Both the position numbers and the translations under genes were made by a program. From assembly GCA_963695545.1 (NCBI GenBank), contig OY968796.1, positions 384,001 through 448,000 of the forward strand: a stretch of 64,000 nt of DNA, read 5' to 3'. Shown here piece by piece: positions 28,090 through 37,824 of the stretch (positions within the stretch are counted from its first letter, which is position 1; every line of letters starts with the position of its first letter). The stretch comes from Terriglobia bacterium (GTDB lineage: Bacteria; Acidobacteriota; Terriglobia; Acidiferrales; UBA7541). The notes below the pieces were generated by a model that searched no databases, had not been told where the DNA came from, and saw nothing but the letters and a program-made list of their open reading frames with translations.

Positions 28090-29219
28090 TCGAGCCTCTT
28101 GTGAAACGCGCGCGTGGCCAGCACCAATAGAATTACGGCATAGATGCCCAGAGCGCCGAGCTGCGGGCCCATCTGCCGGAACGCGGTCCCTTTTAAAAAT
28201 ACTTCACGAAGAATGGACACGAAATACACGGCCGGAAGCGCCCGTCCGATCACTTGGACGGCGACAGGCATCTGTTCGAGCGGAAACAGGAAGCCCGAAA
28301 GCAAAAATGTGGGCAGGAACGTGGCCATCAATGCCAACTGACTGGCGGCCAATTGCGATTTGGCAACCACCGAAATGAGATAGCCGAGCGAGAGCACCAC
28401 AATCAGGAATAACGCCGAGCTGCCGAACAAGACGATCCAGCGCCCGCGGAACGGCACGTCAAACCAATACACGGCGGCCAGCGCGCAGACCGCGGTATCC
28501 ACCATGCCGATCACGAAATAGGGAGTGAGCTTGCCGATTTCGATTTCCAGGCGGCCGACCGGCGTGGAGATGAGCTGCTCCATTGTGCCGCGCTCCCATT
28601 CGCGCGCGATCGTGAGCGACGTGAGAAACGCGCCGACAACCGCCATGACCATGGCCACGACGCCGGGCACGAAAGTTGCGGCGCTTTGAAGATCTTCGTT
28701 GAACCAGGTGCGCGCCTGAAAATTTACGGGCGGGGGACCGACGGGCGCGGCATGCGCCTGGGCCCATTGGGCGGTAACGCCGGCGGAATAATTTCCAACG
28801 ATGGCTTGCACGTAACCCAAAGCCACGCTCGCGGAATTGCTGTCGCTTGCGTCCAGAATCAATTGCACGTTGGCGCGCTGGCCGGAGTGCACGGTTTCCG
28901 TAAACCGCGGAGGGATCACGAGCGCGGCGACGGCGGCATCGGAATTAATCTGCTGGATGACGTCCGGATAATTGGTGGCGACGTGGACGATGTCAAAATA
29001 ATCGGTGGCCTGAAATTTCTTCAGGAGGTCCTGGCTGAATTGGGTGTTGTCCTCGTCGTAAACGCAAAGCGGAACGTGGTGCACGTCGAGATTCAAAGCG
29101 TATCCGTAAATAAAAAGCTGTAGCACGGGCATCAGCAGAATGATCAGCAGACTGCGCGGATCGCGGCGGATCTGCAGCACTTCTTTGCGCATCATCGCGA
29201 GAATGCGATGGAAACTCAC
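28086..29219 (-). CDS. ABC-2 permease (YbhS-like)
   Basis: KEVLQIRRDPRSL, AREWERGTMEQLISTP, LLSGFLFP. GTG start overlaps the upstream stop (GTGA). Confidence 0.92.
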   Translation of the reverse strand: MSFHRILAMMRKEVLQIRRDPRSLLIILLMPVLQLFIYGYALNLDVHHVPLCVYDEDNTQFSQDLLKKFQATDYFDIVHVATNYPDVIQQINSDAAVAALVIPPRFTETVHSGQRANVQLILDASDSNSASVALGYVQAIVGNYSAGVTAQWAQAHAAPVGPPPVNFQARTWFNEDLQSAATFVPGVVAMVMAVVGAFLTSLTIAREWERGTMEQLISTPVGRLEIEIGKLTPYFVIGMVDTAVCALAAVYWFDVPFRGRWIVLFGSSALFLIVVLSLGYLISVVAKSQLAASQLALMATFLPTFLLSGFLFPLEQMPVAVQVIGRALPAVYFVSILREVFLKGTAFRQMGPQLGALGIYAVILLVLATRAFHKRLE

Positions 29220-30172
29220 GCGGCCACCTTCCCGCCGGCCGGCGCGGGCGAAGTGAGCGTGACGAATACGTCTTCGAGGCTCGGGGAAATCGGTTCGACG
29301 CGCCGTACCTGAATATTCTGCGCGGCCAGCGCTGCGCGTATCGCTGCGGTAGCTTGCGGCACATCCTTCACCACGACGTGCACAGCGTTTCCGAACACTG
29401 CGGCGTCGAGCACTCCTGGGACATTCGGCAGGATTGCCAGCGCGGGGCCAAGCGGCTCGCATTCCACCAGCAGCAATTGACCGCGCATGGAAGTGCGCTT
29501 GAGCTCCGTGGGCGTGCCCATGGCCACGATTTTTCCGCGGTCGATCATCACCAGGCGATTGCAATATTCGGCTTCGTCCATGTAGTGCGTGGTGACGAAA
29601 ACCGTAACGCCGTCGGCCACCATCTGGTGAATCAATTCCCAAAATTGCTGCCGGCTGACGGGATCGACGCCGGAAGTGGGCTCGTCGAGAAAAACGATCG
29701 GCGGCTTGTGCAGTACGGCGCAGCCGAGAGCCAAGCGCTGCTTCCATCCCGCCGGCAACGAACCGGTGATCGCGCGCTCGCGGCCGTCGAGTCCAGCCAT
29801 GTGCACGGCCCATTTCATACGCGCGGGAAGTTCGCTGGGCGGGACGCTGTAAAGCGCTGCGAAAAACTGCAGATTCTCCACCACGCGCAGATCGTTATAG
29901 AGCGAAAATTTCTGCGACATGTAGCCGATGCGCTGGCGAATCAATTCGGATTGCGTGGCGACGTCGAGTCCCGCGACCTGCGCGCGGCCCGACGACGGCA
30001 CGAGCAGACCGCACAAAACGCGAATGGTGGTGGATTTTCCGGCGCCGTTGGGGCCGAGGAATCCGAAAATTTCGCCTTTGCGCGCCTCGAAGCTGATGTC
30101 GTCGACGGCGACGAAATCGCCGAAGCGCTTGACCAAGTGTTCGACGACCACCGAATTTTCGCCGTTGTTCAT
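29216..30172 (-). CDS. ABC transporter ATP-binding protein
   Basis: Walker A GPNGAGKST, Walker B VFLDEPTSGVD, H-loop TTHYMDEAE. Confidence 0.95.
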   Translation of the reverse strand: MNNGENSVVVEHLVKRFGDFVAVDDISFEARKGEIFGFLGPNGAGKSTTIRVLCGLLVPSSGRAQVAGLDVATQSELIRQRIGYMSQKFSLYNDLRVVENLQFFAALYSVPPSELPARMKWAVHMAGLDGRERAITGSLPAGWKQRLALGCAVLHKPPIVFLDEPTSGVDPVSRQQFWELIHQMVADGVTVFVTTHYMDEAEYCNRLVMIDRGKIVAMGTPTELKRTSMRGQLLLVECEPLGPALAILPNVPGVLDAAVFGNAVHVVVKDVPQATAAIRAALAAQNIQVRRVEPISPSLEDVFVTLTSPAPAGGKVAA

Positions 30173-31185
30173 GAAGGCATGCCTGGGTCGAGTCCCGCAC
30201 CCGACGTTGCCCCGGGCCCGGCGGTGGACGGCGAGTTGGGCTCGACGGGTTTTTCGGTGACCTCGGAGACGAACAAGTCTTCGATGGTGGGATCGGTCGA
30301 TTCAAATGAAATGAATGGAACGCCGGCGGATTCGAGACGCACGCGCAGTTCGGCGAGGCGATCGGCGCGATCCACGAACAAGTGCACGCCATCCCCTTCG
30401 AGGATCACGCTGCGCACGCCGGGCGCTCCTGCAAGAGCCTCGCGCGCGCGCGGCGGATCAATCGTGTGCACGGCGAGCACGGCGCCGGGAAAACCCTTTT
30501 TCAGCGCTGCGGGCGTATCGAGCAAGAGCATGCGGCCCTGATGGATAAGGCCGACGCGATGGCAGCGCTCGGCTTCATCGAGATAGGAAGTGGAAATCAG
30601 GATGGCCACGCCCTGGTCCACCAGCGAATATAGAATTTTCCAAAAATCGCGCCGCGAAACTGGATCGACACCGTTGGTCGGCTCATCGAGAAGGATCACG
30701 TCGGGCTGATGGATCAGCGCGCATACCAGGCCCAATTTTTGCTTCATGCCGCCGGAGAGTTTGCCCGCCAGGCGCGCTCCAAATTCGGAAAGTCCGGCGG
30801 CTTGCAACAAGGATGTGGCGCGAGTATCGCGCTCGGCGCGTTTCACGCTGAACAGGTCGGCGTAAAACGCGATGTTCTCAGTAACCGTCAAGTCGTCATA
30901 GAGACCGAAGCGCTGCGGCATATAACTTAAATCGTGTTTTGCGCCTTCGGGATTGGTCGCAATGTCGAAGCCGGAGACGCTCGCGCGGCCGGAATCCGGC
31001 GGCAGGACTCCGGCGAGCATGCGCATCGTGGTGGTTTTCCCCGCGCCGTCGGGACCCACGAGTCCGAAAATTTCGCCGGCGTGCACATCGAAACTCAGAT
31101 CGTGCACCGCACGCACGGGCCCGAAACTCTTTCCGAGCGAGACCACTTCGATGGCTGCGTGTTCGTTGGGTGCGACTTGCGGCAT
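30169..31185 (-). CDS. ABC transporter ATP-binding protein
   Basis: GPDGAGKTT, LSGGMKQ, LLDEPTNGVD. The H-loop is degenerate (STSYLDEAE), as in the first NBD of YbhF. Confidence 0.95.
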   Translation of the reverse strand: MPQVAPNEHAAIEVVSLGKSFGPVRAVHDLSFDVHAGEIFGLVGPDGAGKTTTMRMLAGVLPPDSGRASVSGFDIATNPEGAKHDLSYMPQRFGLYDDLTVTENIAFYADLFSVKRAERDTRATSLLQAAGLSEFGARLAGKLSGGMKQKLGLVCALIHQPDVILLDEPTNGVDPVSRRDFWKILYSLVDQGVAILISTSYLDEAERCHRVGLIHQGRMLLLDTPAALKKGFPGAVLAVHTIDPPRAREALAGAPGVRSVILEGDGVHLFVDRADRLAELRVRLESAGVPFISFESTDPTIEDLFVSEVTEKPVEPNSPSTAGPGATSGAGLDPGMPS

Positions 31186-31195
31186 TGCGGCTCCG

Positions 31196-32188
31196 TTACT
31201 GAATCTGAATGCTGACGTCGGCCGGCATGCCCGGCTTGAGTTCGAGATTCGGATTGTCCACGTCCACTTTCACGAGATAAACCAACGTGACGCGCTCGGC
31301 GGTGGTCTGCACGGTCTTCGGCGTGAATTCGGCTTGCGAAGAAATGAACGAGACGCGTCCGTGATACGTGCGACCGGGATAAGTGTCCGTGGTGACGGAG
31401 CAATCCTGGCCCCAGTGAACTTGACCGAGATTTGTTTCCGGCACGTAGACCTGCACCCAGATGTGCTGCAAATCGTCCAGCGTGTAAATCGGCGTGCCCG
31501 GCGCGACAACTTCGCCGAGCTCCGCTTCGCGCACGGTGATCACGCCGGTGAACGGCGCGGTGAGCGTGGTGTAGCCGACGCGAATGCGCGAGATCCCGGC
31601 GGTTTGAACGGCTTGCTGCACGTCGGCGCGATCCACGGCAATTTCCTGCTGGCGCGTGCCCTCGATCAATTCGTTCAGAGCTTGTTTCAATCGATCGAGC
31701 GTGACTTGAGCGCGCGCGACGGCGGTCTTGGCTTGATCGACCGTCTGGCCTTCGATTTCGTCTTTCTGAAACAGAGCTTCGTATCGATCGTAGTCGCGCT
31801 GTTTCTGAGCGAGGTCGTCCTGGGCATCGCGCACGTTCTGCTGCGCCTGCGCAATGTCCTGTGAGCGGCTGCCGGCGAGCGCGAGATCGAGCTGTTTGTC
31901 CTTCACTTCGACCGTAGCCTCGTCGGCGGCAACTTGCTGGCGGTAGTCGGCGTTATCGATCTGCGCGAGCAATTGCCCCGCGGAAACGGATTGGCCTTCT
32001 TCGACCGGCAGATCCGTGACGCGGCCGGTGACTTTGAAGCTCACGAGACTTTCGTGCGCTTCGACGTTGCCGGAAAGCACGATCGCGTTCGGATTTTTGG
32101 GCTTTTCGATCCAACGGGGATACACGTAGAAATAGAACACCGCGGCGAGCGCCGCCACTATAAGCAAGATTGGAAAAATGCGTTTCAT
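31196..32188 (-). CDS. HlyD/YbhG-type membrane fusion protein
   Basis: N-terminal TM segment, lipoyl-like VEEGQSV..GQLLA, coiled coil, AEFTPKTVQT, LKPGMPAD. Confidence 0.92.
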   Translation of the reverse strand: MKRIFPILLIVAALAAVFYFYVYPRWIEKPKNPNAIVLSGNVEAHESLVSFKVTGRVTDLPVEEGQSVSAGQLLAQIDNADYRQQVAADEATVEVKDKQLDLALAGSRSQDIAQAQQNVRDAQDDLAQKQRDYDRYEALFQKDEIEGQTVDQAKTAVARAQVTLDRLKQALNELIEGTRQQEIAVDRADVQQAVQTAGISRIRVGYTTLTAPFTGVITVREAELGEVVAPGTPIYTLDDLQHIWVQVYVPETNLGQVHWGQDCSVTTDTYPGRTYHGRVSFISSQAEFTPKTVQTTAERVTLVYLVKVDVDNPNLELKPGMPADVSIQIQ

Positions 32189-32279
32189 GGCCGCTTGACC
32201 TCCGCTTTTGCTGATACGTAAATTTCGGCTGCGATTGATAATGAAATTCTGATACCGAGATTCGCTCGCGTGTTCACTG

Positions 32280-33791
32280 TCACGGCGCACCCGGCGCTGT
32301 TACTGGCGGCGCTGTTGGTGGCTCGGCCGATGGAGAGCTCGACGCCGCGCCGAGATAATTCTTGAAATCGGATTCGGTGCCGCCCATGGCGCGAGCGAGC
32401 GCCATCTGCGCGTCGGAGTGCTGCGCGAGCGCCACGATGCGATCGTCCTGCGCTTCGGCGACGGAGTTTTGCGCGGTGATCACTTCGATGTTGTCGCTCA
32501 ATCCGTTGCGGAATCTGTCTTCGGCGAGCGTCAGCTCCTTCTGCGCGAGGTCGAGCGATTGCTGCGCGACGGCGACCTGATCCTCGGCCGATTGGAGATT
32601 GAGCAGCGCGGTACGCAGGTCCTGCTCGATGCCGCGCGCCATGTCGCCGATCTGGTCGTTCAGCTGGCGCAATTGGCTATCGAGCTCGATGCGTTCGCCG
32701 GTGCGGTCGCGATCGAAAAGCGTGACTGAGAGCGTGGCTTGCACCAGAAATGTTGCGGGCATCGAATCGAGCTTGTCGCCGATCGCGCCGAAATTTCCGT
32801 TGACGCCGAGCGTTGGGTAGTAGCGTGCGTGCGAGGCTCTCTGCTGCTCGATGATGGCCTCACGTTGCACGGCGAGCGCGCGATAATCCGAGCGCGCTTG
32901 CAAGGCTTGCGCGAGCGCGGGCTCGACGTCAGGCGGCGGCAACGGATGAAATTCGAGAGGATCGGTCAGCTCGAGCGGCGTGCTCGGCGGAAGACCGAGA
33001 TAGCGAGCTAACGCCAGCAGCGAGGTTTCATAATTGTTGCGCGCGACGAGCACGCTTTGCCGATCGTGCGAGAGTTGTACTTGCGCGCGCAGGATATCGA
33101 CTTCGGTGGCCAATCCCACCGAATGCTGATCGCGCGCGAGTTTTTCATCGGCGACGGAAGTGTCCACCTGCGACGACGCGGCTTCGGTTTGGGCCGCGGC
33201 CTGCTGCGCCATCAAGTAGAGCGCCGCGGTTTCACGCACGACTTGATCGCGCGTGTCCTGATAATCGAGTTTGGCGGCGTCCTTGGTATCCTCGCTGGCT
33301 CTCAAACTGTGAGTGGCGTGGCGGTCGATGATCGCCTGGCTGGCATAGGCTCGAAAATCGAAATTGGAGAATGGCCCGATCAGCGACGGAATTGTGACGT
33401 TGGGAATGGAAAAATTGAAACCGAGAGCGTGCAAGTTGATGTCCTGCTCGTTGGCCAGGGCGTGCGCGCTGACTTGCGGCAACAGAGGCGCCTTCGCGCG
33501 CACGCGGGCGCCCTCGTCGTACTGGACTTGTTCGCCGGCCACGAGCGCGCCGAGATTGCTGCGCAGCGCGAGAGCGATGGCGTCGTCGAGCGATAATTTT
33601 TGAGCCGCGGCGGAAGAATCCATCGACGCGGGCGGCGCCGGGGCTGCCGGCGCGGGCGTGGGCGCAATTTGCGGCACGGGCGCCTCAGCCAGCGCCGCCG
33701 TCGCCTGTTGGCCTGCGGCATACGGCGCGGTTGCAAGCAACACGCCCGCGACGAGCGCCGCTCGGGTCCGGATATTTCGCATCGCCATCAT
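32280..33791 (-). CDS. TolC-family outer membrane efflux protein
   Basis: Signal peptide, LSLDDAIALALRSN, repeated OEP helices (GLATEVDILRAQ / GLSDNIEVITAQ). Confidence 0.9.
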   Translation of the reverse strand: MMAMRNIRTRAALVAGVLLATAPYAAGQQATAALAEAPVPQIAPTPAPAAPAPPASMDSSAAAQKLSLDDAIALALRSNLGALVAGEQVQYDEGARVRAKAPLLPQVSAHALANEQDINLHALGFNFSIPNVTIPSLIGPFSNFDFRAYASQAIIDRHATHSLRASEDTKDAAKLDYQDTRDQVVRETAALYLMAQQAAAQTEAASSQVDTSVADEKLARDQHSVGLATEVDILRAQVQLSHDRQSVLVARNNYETSLLALARYLGLPPSTPLELTDPLEFHPLPPPDVEPALAQALQARSDYRALAVQREAIIEQQRASHARYYPTLGVNGNFGAIGDKLDSMPATFLVQATLSVTLFDRDRTGERIELDSQLRQLNDQIGDMARGIEQDLRTALLNLQSAEDQVAVAQQSLDLAQKELTLAEDRFRNGLSDNIEVITAQNSVAEAQDDRIVALAQHSDAQMALARAMGGTESDFKNYLGAASSSPSAEPPTAPPVTAPGAP

Positions 33792-33857
33792 TGCATCTCC
33801 CGTTTACGATTCCGCGCATCACTGTATTTATGAAGACGAACGAGCGGCGCCGATCTT

Positions 33858-34598
33858 TCAGGCACCGGAACGCGCCGTCCTGGCGCGCGCCTCAGCCCTT
33901 CGCGCCACTCTACGTTCGCCTTTGCGGCCGTGAGGCACGATCCCGAAAAACGCAAAGTCCACCCAAGTGTCGAGCCAAGTGGTCAGTTCGAGTTCCGGAT
34001 CGAGCGCCCATAACAGGAATGCGCCGAAGATCTCTTGTTGCACCGCGCGCGCCACGTGCCGCGCGGGAATATCCGGCCTGATCTCGCCACGTTTCTGTCC
34101 GATCGCAACGATTTCGGCGAGTGCGCGCCGGCCTTGAGCCTGGTTGCCCGTCATCTTCCGCCGTACGGAATCGTTGAGCAGCGCCGCGACCAGGAAACTG
34201 CGCATCAATCTGGGGGTGAGTGGCGTTTCGCTAGCAGCCCCGTGTGCCAACTGGCGCATGGCTTGCAGTACGGTCTTCGTCCCCGCGCGCACTTCTCCGA
34301 GCGCCTCCTCCACCTTCGCGACGCGGGATTTCCCGAACGCGTCCAACACATGTTCCTTGGTCGGGAAATAGTTGAAGAAAGTTCCCTTGCCCACGTCGGC
34401 GGCCTCGGTGATGTCTTCGATCGAGGTGTCGGCAAAACCACGATCCGCGAAAAGGCGCAGCGCGCAGCGCATCAAACGCTCTCGAGTTTCGGCGTGGCGG
34501 CGCTCGCGTCGCCCGGGCCGATTCGCCCCTGCACGGACTCCAGCGGGCCTGCCCGTGTTCCGCGCTTGCCGTTTTTCTAATATGCGACTCATAGGCAT
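33858..34598 (-). CDS. TetR/AcrR family transcriptional regulator
   Basis: HTH LFADRGFADTSIEDITEAADVGKGTFFNYFPTKE. First gene of the efflux operon. Confidence 0.93.
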   Translation of the reverse strand: MPMSRILEKRQARNTGRPAGVRAGANRPGRRERRHAETRERLMRCALRLFADRGFADTSIEDITEAADVGKGTFFNYFPTKEHVLDAFGKSRVAKVEEALGEVRAGTKTVLQAMRQLAHGAASETPLTPRLMRSFLVAALLNDSVRRKMTGNQAQGRRALAEIVAIGQKRGEIRPDIPARHVARAVQQEIFGAFLLWALDPELELTTWLDTWVDFAFFGIVPHGRKGERRVARRAEARARTARSGA

Positions 34599-34632
34599 AT
34601 ATGACCGTAGGTCATATATGCCCGCAAGTCAA
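34594..34632 (-). promoter_or_regulatory. tetR promoter overlapped by a perfect palindromic operator
   Basis: TTGACT(34632-34627)-N17-TACGGT(34609-34604). Inverted repeat GGCATATATGACC-gta-GGTCATATATGCC at 34594-34622. Confidence 0.8.
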
Positions 34633-34718
34633 GAATAAAATACATGTACGGGGCTTATCGCATTCATCGCTGGGACAAATATGTAATGTTGGCGAGTGTT
34701 CCGAAGCGGTACGACTGG

Positions 34719-35879
34719 CTAGCCGCCCGCGGCAGCCGCGAAATCGGCTTGGTTCGGATAGCCGGGCAAACTTGTGGCGCGCAGCACGGCACGTACGATG
34801 GCTTCGGCCACCACTTCGGCCGCGAGCGCGCCGACCGCTCCGGTATCGGCAGGGGCATCGAGCGTTCCCGTCGCGAGCGCGAACACGGTGTCACCGTCAA
34901 ACGGCGTGTGCACGGGATTGATCGCGCGTGCCAGACCGTCTTGGGCCATCTGCGCGACTTTGGTCGCTTGGTCCTTTGTGAGCCGGGCATTTGTGGCCAC
35001 GACCGCGAGGGTTGTGTTTTTTTGATCGCCTTCGCTGACCAACACGCGCTCGCCTGCGCGGAGTTGCGCGATGGAGTTGCGCAGGCGCTTGCCGTCGGGC
35101 GTGCGCGCGCCGGCCAAGAGTTCGCCGGTTCGCGGAAGATAAACGTCGCCGGCGGCGTTCACGGCGGCGAGCGCCGCGACGATCAAACCAGTTTTGCCGG
35201 CGCGAAGACTGGCTGTGCCCAAGCCGCTTTTCATCGCGTATTGCATGCCGAACAGTTTGCCGATGGTCGCGCCCGCGCCTGCGCCGACGTTGCCTTCGGC
35301 CACAGGACCGGCATTCGCGGCGCGGCACGCGGCGTAACCGGAATCGGCGGTCGGTCGAATCTTGGGATCGCCGAGCTCGAGATCGAACAGAATGGCCGCG
35401 GGCACGATGGGAACAACGATCTCTCCGAGGTGGAAGCCAATTCCCTTTTCATCGAGGTAGCGCATCACGCCGGAAGCAGTGTCCAAGCCGAATGCGCTGC
35501 CGCCGGACAGAACGACGCCGTAGATTTGCTGCACGGTGTTGATCGGATTCAGCAAATCCGTTTCACGCGTGCCGGGCGCGCCGCCGCGCACGTCCACGCC
35601 GGCGACGGCTCCGTTCTTGCATAGGACTACGGTGCAACCGGTCGGCCGGCTCGTATCGGTGAAGTGGCCGACTTCGATGCCTTCGACATCAGTGAGCCCG
35701 CCACTCGAGCCAGCCGCTGAAGTCGCGCCGCTCGGCGAACTCGTTTGCCCTACACCGCGCGAATCTCGAGTGCTCGCGAGCAGGGCTCCTCCGGCAGCCA
35801 GAGCATTGCGGGTGAATTCGCGTCGGCTCATCGGTTTCTCCGTGGACTTGTTCGTGGGCGTCTCCAATCGATCCGTCAT
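34719..35879 (-). CDS. P1 (DmpA/S58) family peptidase with a Tat signal
   Basis: LTDVEGIEVGH, VDVRGGAPGTRETDLL, LSGGSAFGL, GNVGAGAGA, NTTLAVVATNA, HTPFDGDTVF. SRREF twin-arginine motif. ATG overlaps the symporter stop. Confidence 0.9.
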   Translation of the reverse strand: MTDRLETPTNKSTEKPMSRREFTRNALAAGGALLASTRDSRGVGQTSSPSGATSAAGSSGGLTDVEGIEVGHFTDTSRPTGCTVVLCKNGAVAGVDVRGGAPGTRETDLLNPINTVQQIYGVVLSGGSAFGLDTASGVMRYLDEKGIGFHLGEIVVPIVPAAILFDLELGDPKIRPTADSGYAACRAANAGPVAEGNVGAGAGATIGKLFGMQYAMKSGLGTASLRAGKTGLIVAALAAVNAAGDVYLPRTGELLAGARTPDGKRLRNSIAQLRAGERVLVSEGDQKNTTLAVVATNARLTKDQATKVAQMAQDGLARAINPVHTPFDGDTVFALATGTLDAPADTGAVGALAAEVVAEAIVRAVLRATSLPGYPNQADFAAAAGG

Positions 35880-37375
35880 GTTCGGCCCCCGCCGTGAGCG
35901 CCTTCGCTGCCGAGAGCGTCTAGAGGGCCGGCGCTGCGGCGCGGCGCGATCATCGTGACCGCCAGCGCAACGATTAAGCCGGTAAAGATTCCGACCGCCG
36001 GCGGCGAGAAGTAGCCGAGGCCGCGTCCGCCGGTCGCAAAGTGTGCGGCGAGATCGGCCGCGATCGCCGAAAAGATTGATGCCAGCGCACCGGGCGTTCC
36101 CATCCTCGGCCAGTATAGGCCCAGCACGACCGGCACGAACAGAGCCACCGCCAGCAGACCGTAGAAAATGCTGACCGCGGCAATCACCGACGGCAACACG
36201 ATCGCCAACGCGATTCCGGCGCAGCCCGCGAGCACGGTGGTCCATCGGCTGACGGCCAGAAGGCGCTTCGTCGTGACACCGGGATGGATGAACGTGCGGT
36301 AGAGATCTACGGCGAGCGAAGTTGAGAGCATGAAAAGGATGGCGTCGGTCGCGCTCAACTCCGCCGAAAATACGGCGGCTAACGCCCACAAACCTAGCCA
36401 CGGCGGCACGCCGCGCACCAGAACTGTGGGCAGCGCCAGTTCCGGATTTGTCAGCCCCGGGAACCGCGCGAGCGCGACGAGGCCGAACATCGCCGGCACG
36501 AATGCGAACGCGAGTTGCGCGACGGCATTCAGGCCCACGCCGACGCGCACCGCTTTCGCATCGCGCGCGCCATAAAGCTTCTGCACCAAACCGGGTGAGA
36601 CGATGAAAGACGGCACAAGGATCGCGATGTAGGCGAGAATCTGCCGCGGCCCCGCGCCCGTGAAACTCAACAATTTGCTTCCCTGCACGACGGCGTGGCT
36701 TGCGATTTGCGCGCTTGCCTGCCCGCCGACGCGGCCAGCGAGGGTGGCCGTCAAGCCCGACCATCCGCCTACCGAGCGCATCGCGAAAATTGCCGAAAGG
36801 CCGAGGCCCGTCATGGTCACGCTCAATTCGACGATGTTGACGATGGCCGACGACGCGAGTCCTCCCGCCGCGCAATACGCGATGGCCACCACGCCGCCCG
36901 CGAGGCAGCCTTGCCACTTCGGCAGGCCGATCACCACGGCCAGCACCCAGGAAATCGCCATCAATTGGCCGGCCAGAATCGCCAGCGTCCCGAACCACAG
37001 GATCACTGCGATCACGGCTTTGACGGCCTTGTGGTAACGAACGTCGAGATAGTCGCCGAGCGTTTCAAGTCCGCGCGCCTTGGCCACTTGCCACAGACGC
37101 GGCCCAACGGTGCTTGCAAGAATCAGGCATCCGATCCCGGCCGAACCGACCCACCACCACGCCGCAAGGCCGAATCGATAGCCCAGGCCCGCTGCTCCCA
37201 CAGTTGAGCCGGCGCCGATATTGGCGGCGAGGAAGGTCGCGAAGATCACACCGGGCCCTAAGCGCCGCCCGGCGACCAGGAAATCCCCAGCGCTCCGTAC
37301 TTTACGGGAAGCGAACCACCCTACGGCGATCAGCACCGCGGAGTAAGCTAGCAACGTGGCGAAATAGGGGTTCAT
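35876..37375 (-). CDS. Sodium:solute symporter (SSS) family protein
   Basis: DFLVAGRRLG, AANIGAGSTVG, TLGDYLDVRY, AVFSAELSATD; about 13 TM segments. Confidence 0.92.
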   Translation of the reverse strand: MNPYFATLLAYSAVLIAVGWFASRKVRSAGDFLVAGRRLGPGVIFATFLAANIGAGSTVGAAGLGYRFGLAAWWWVGSAGIGCLILASTVGPRLWQVAKARGLETLGDYLDVRYHKAVKAVIAVILWFGTLAILAGQLMAISWVLAVVIGLPKWQGCLAGGVVAIAYCAAGGLASSAIVNIVELSVTMTGLGLSAIFAMRSVGGWSGLTATLAGRVGGQASAQIASHAVVQGSKLLSFTGAGPRQILAYIAILVPSFIVSPGLVQKLYGARDAKAVRVGVGLNAVAQLAFAFVPAMFGLVALARFPGLTNPELALPTVLVRGVPPWLGLWALAAVFSAELSATDAILFMLSTSLAVDLYRTFIHPGVTTKRLLAVSRWTTVLAGCAGIALAIVLPSVIAAVSIFYGLLAVALFVPVVLGLYWPRMGTPGALASIFSAIAADLAAHFATGGRGLGYFSPPAVGIFTGLIVALAVTMIAPRRSAGPLDALGSEGAHGGGRT

Positions 37376-37481
37376 GGCAAGCAGCCGTCAGGCCGGGCTA
37401 TAATAGCCTGAGTAGCAGCCTGCGAACTGCGGCGGAAGCGCACAAGACCGCTATTGCTGCAATAAATCTTATAAATACCGT

Positions 37482-37511
37482 TTGACAGCAAATCCGCTCT
37501 CTCTTTATAGT
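37482..37511 (+). promoter_or_regulatory. sigma70 promoter of the ilv leader and operon
   Basis: TTGACA-N18-TATAGT. Confidence 0.7.
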
Positions 37512-37524
37512 AGTTCTTGCGGAC

Positions 37525-37653
37525 ATGACTGACTTTTCCATCTCCGGATCGATCTTCGCCACAGAGGCCAGCGCCGGGCACGCGCGCTTGTTCAACCTGC
37601 TTCCTGTAGGCTTGGTCGTGGTACGACTCGCGGTCTTGCGACCGCTGGGATGA
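37525..37653 (+). CDS. ilv operon leader peptide (42 aa, Leu/Val-rich)
   Basis: MTDFSISGSIFATEASAGHARLFNLLPVGLVVVRLAVLRPLG*. The last 21 codons include 7 Leu and 5 Val. Followed by an attenuator. Confidence 0.75.
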   Translation: MTDFSISGSIFATEASAGHARLFNLLPVGLVVVRLAVLRPLG

Positions 37654-37696
37654 CGACCGCCGGATGAAGGTAAGCTAGACGAAGCAAGAAAATCCG

Positions 37697-37731
37697 AGGT
37701 CGCCATCAAGGGGATGGCGGCCTTTTTGTTT
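37697..37731 (+). terminator. Attenuator terminator upstream of ilvD
   Basis: Stem AGGTCGCCATC / GATGGCGGCCT with a 5-nt loop, then TTTTGTTT. Confidence 0.8.
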
Positions 37732-37824
37732 GTTGGACGAGAATCGCACAAGAACGTGATCGGGCAGTGAGCACACAGCCGGCCGCAACGATGGCCGAGA
37801 GCAACCCAGGGAGAACGCCGAACA

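Noticed and set aside
29216..31185. Two adjacent ABC ATPase genes as a frameshifted ybhF
   Set aside because: Both have complete NBDs with their own C-terminal extensions and a normal ATGA overlap, consistent with a genuine two-gene arrangement.
35880..36998. N-terminal extension making the P1 peptidase 759 aa, and similar extensions of xseA, the 28086 permease and the 13235 ORF
   Set aside because: Each overlaps a real upstream gene in another frame. Stop/start overlaps or signal peptides define the shorter starts.
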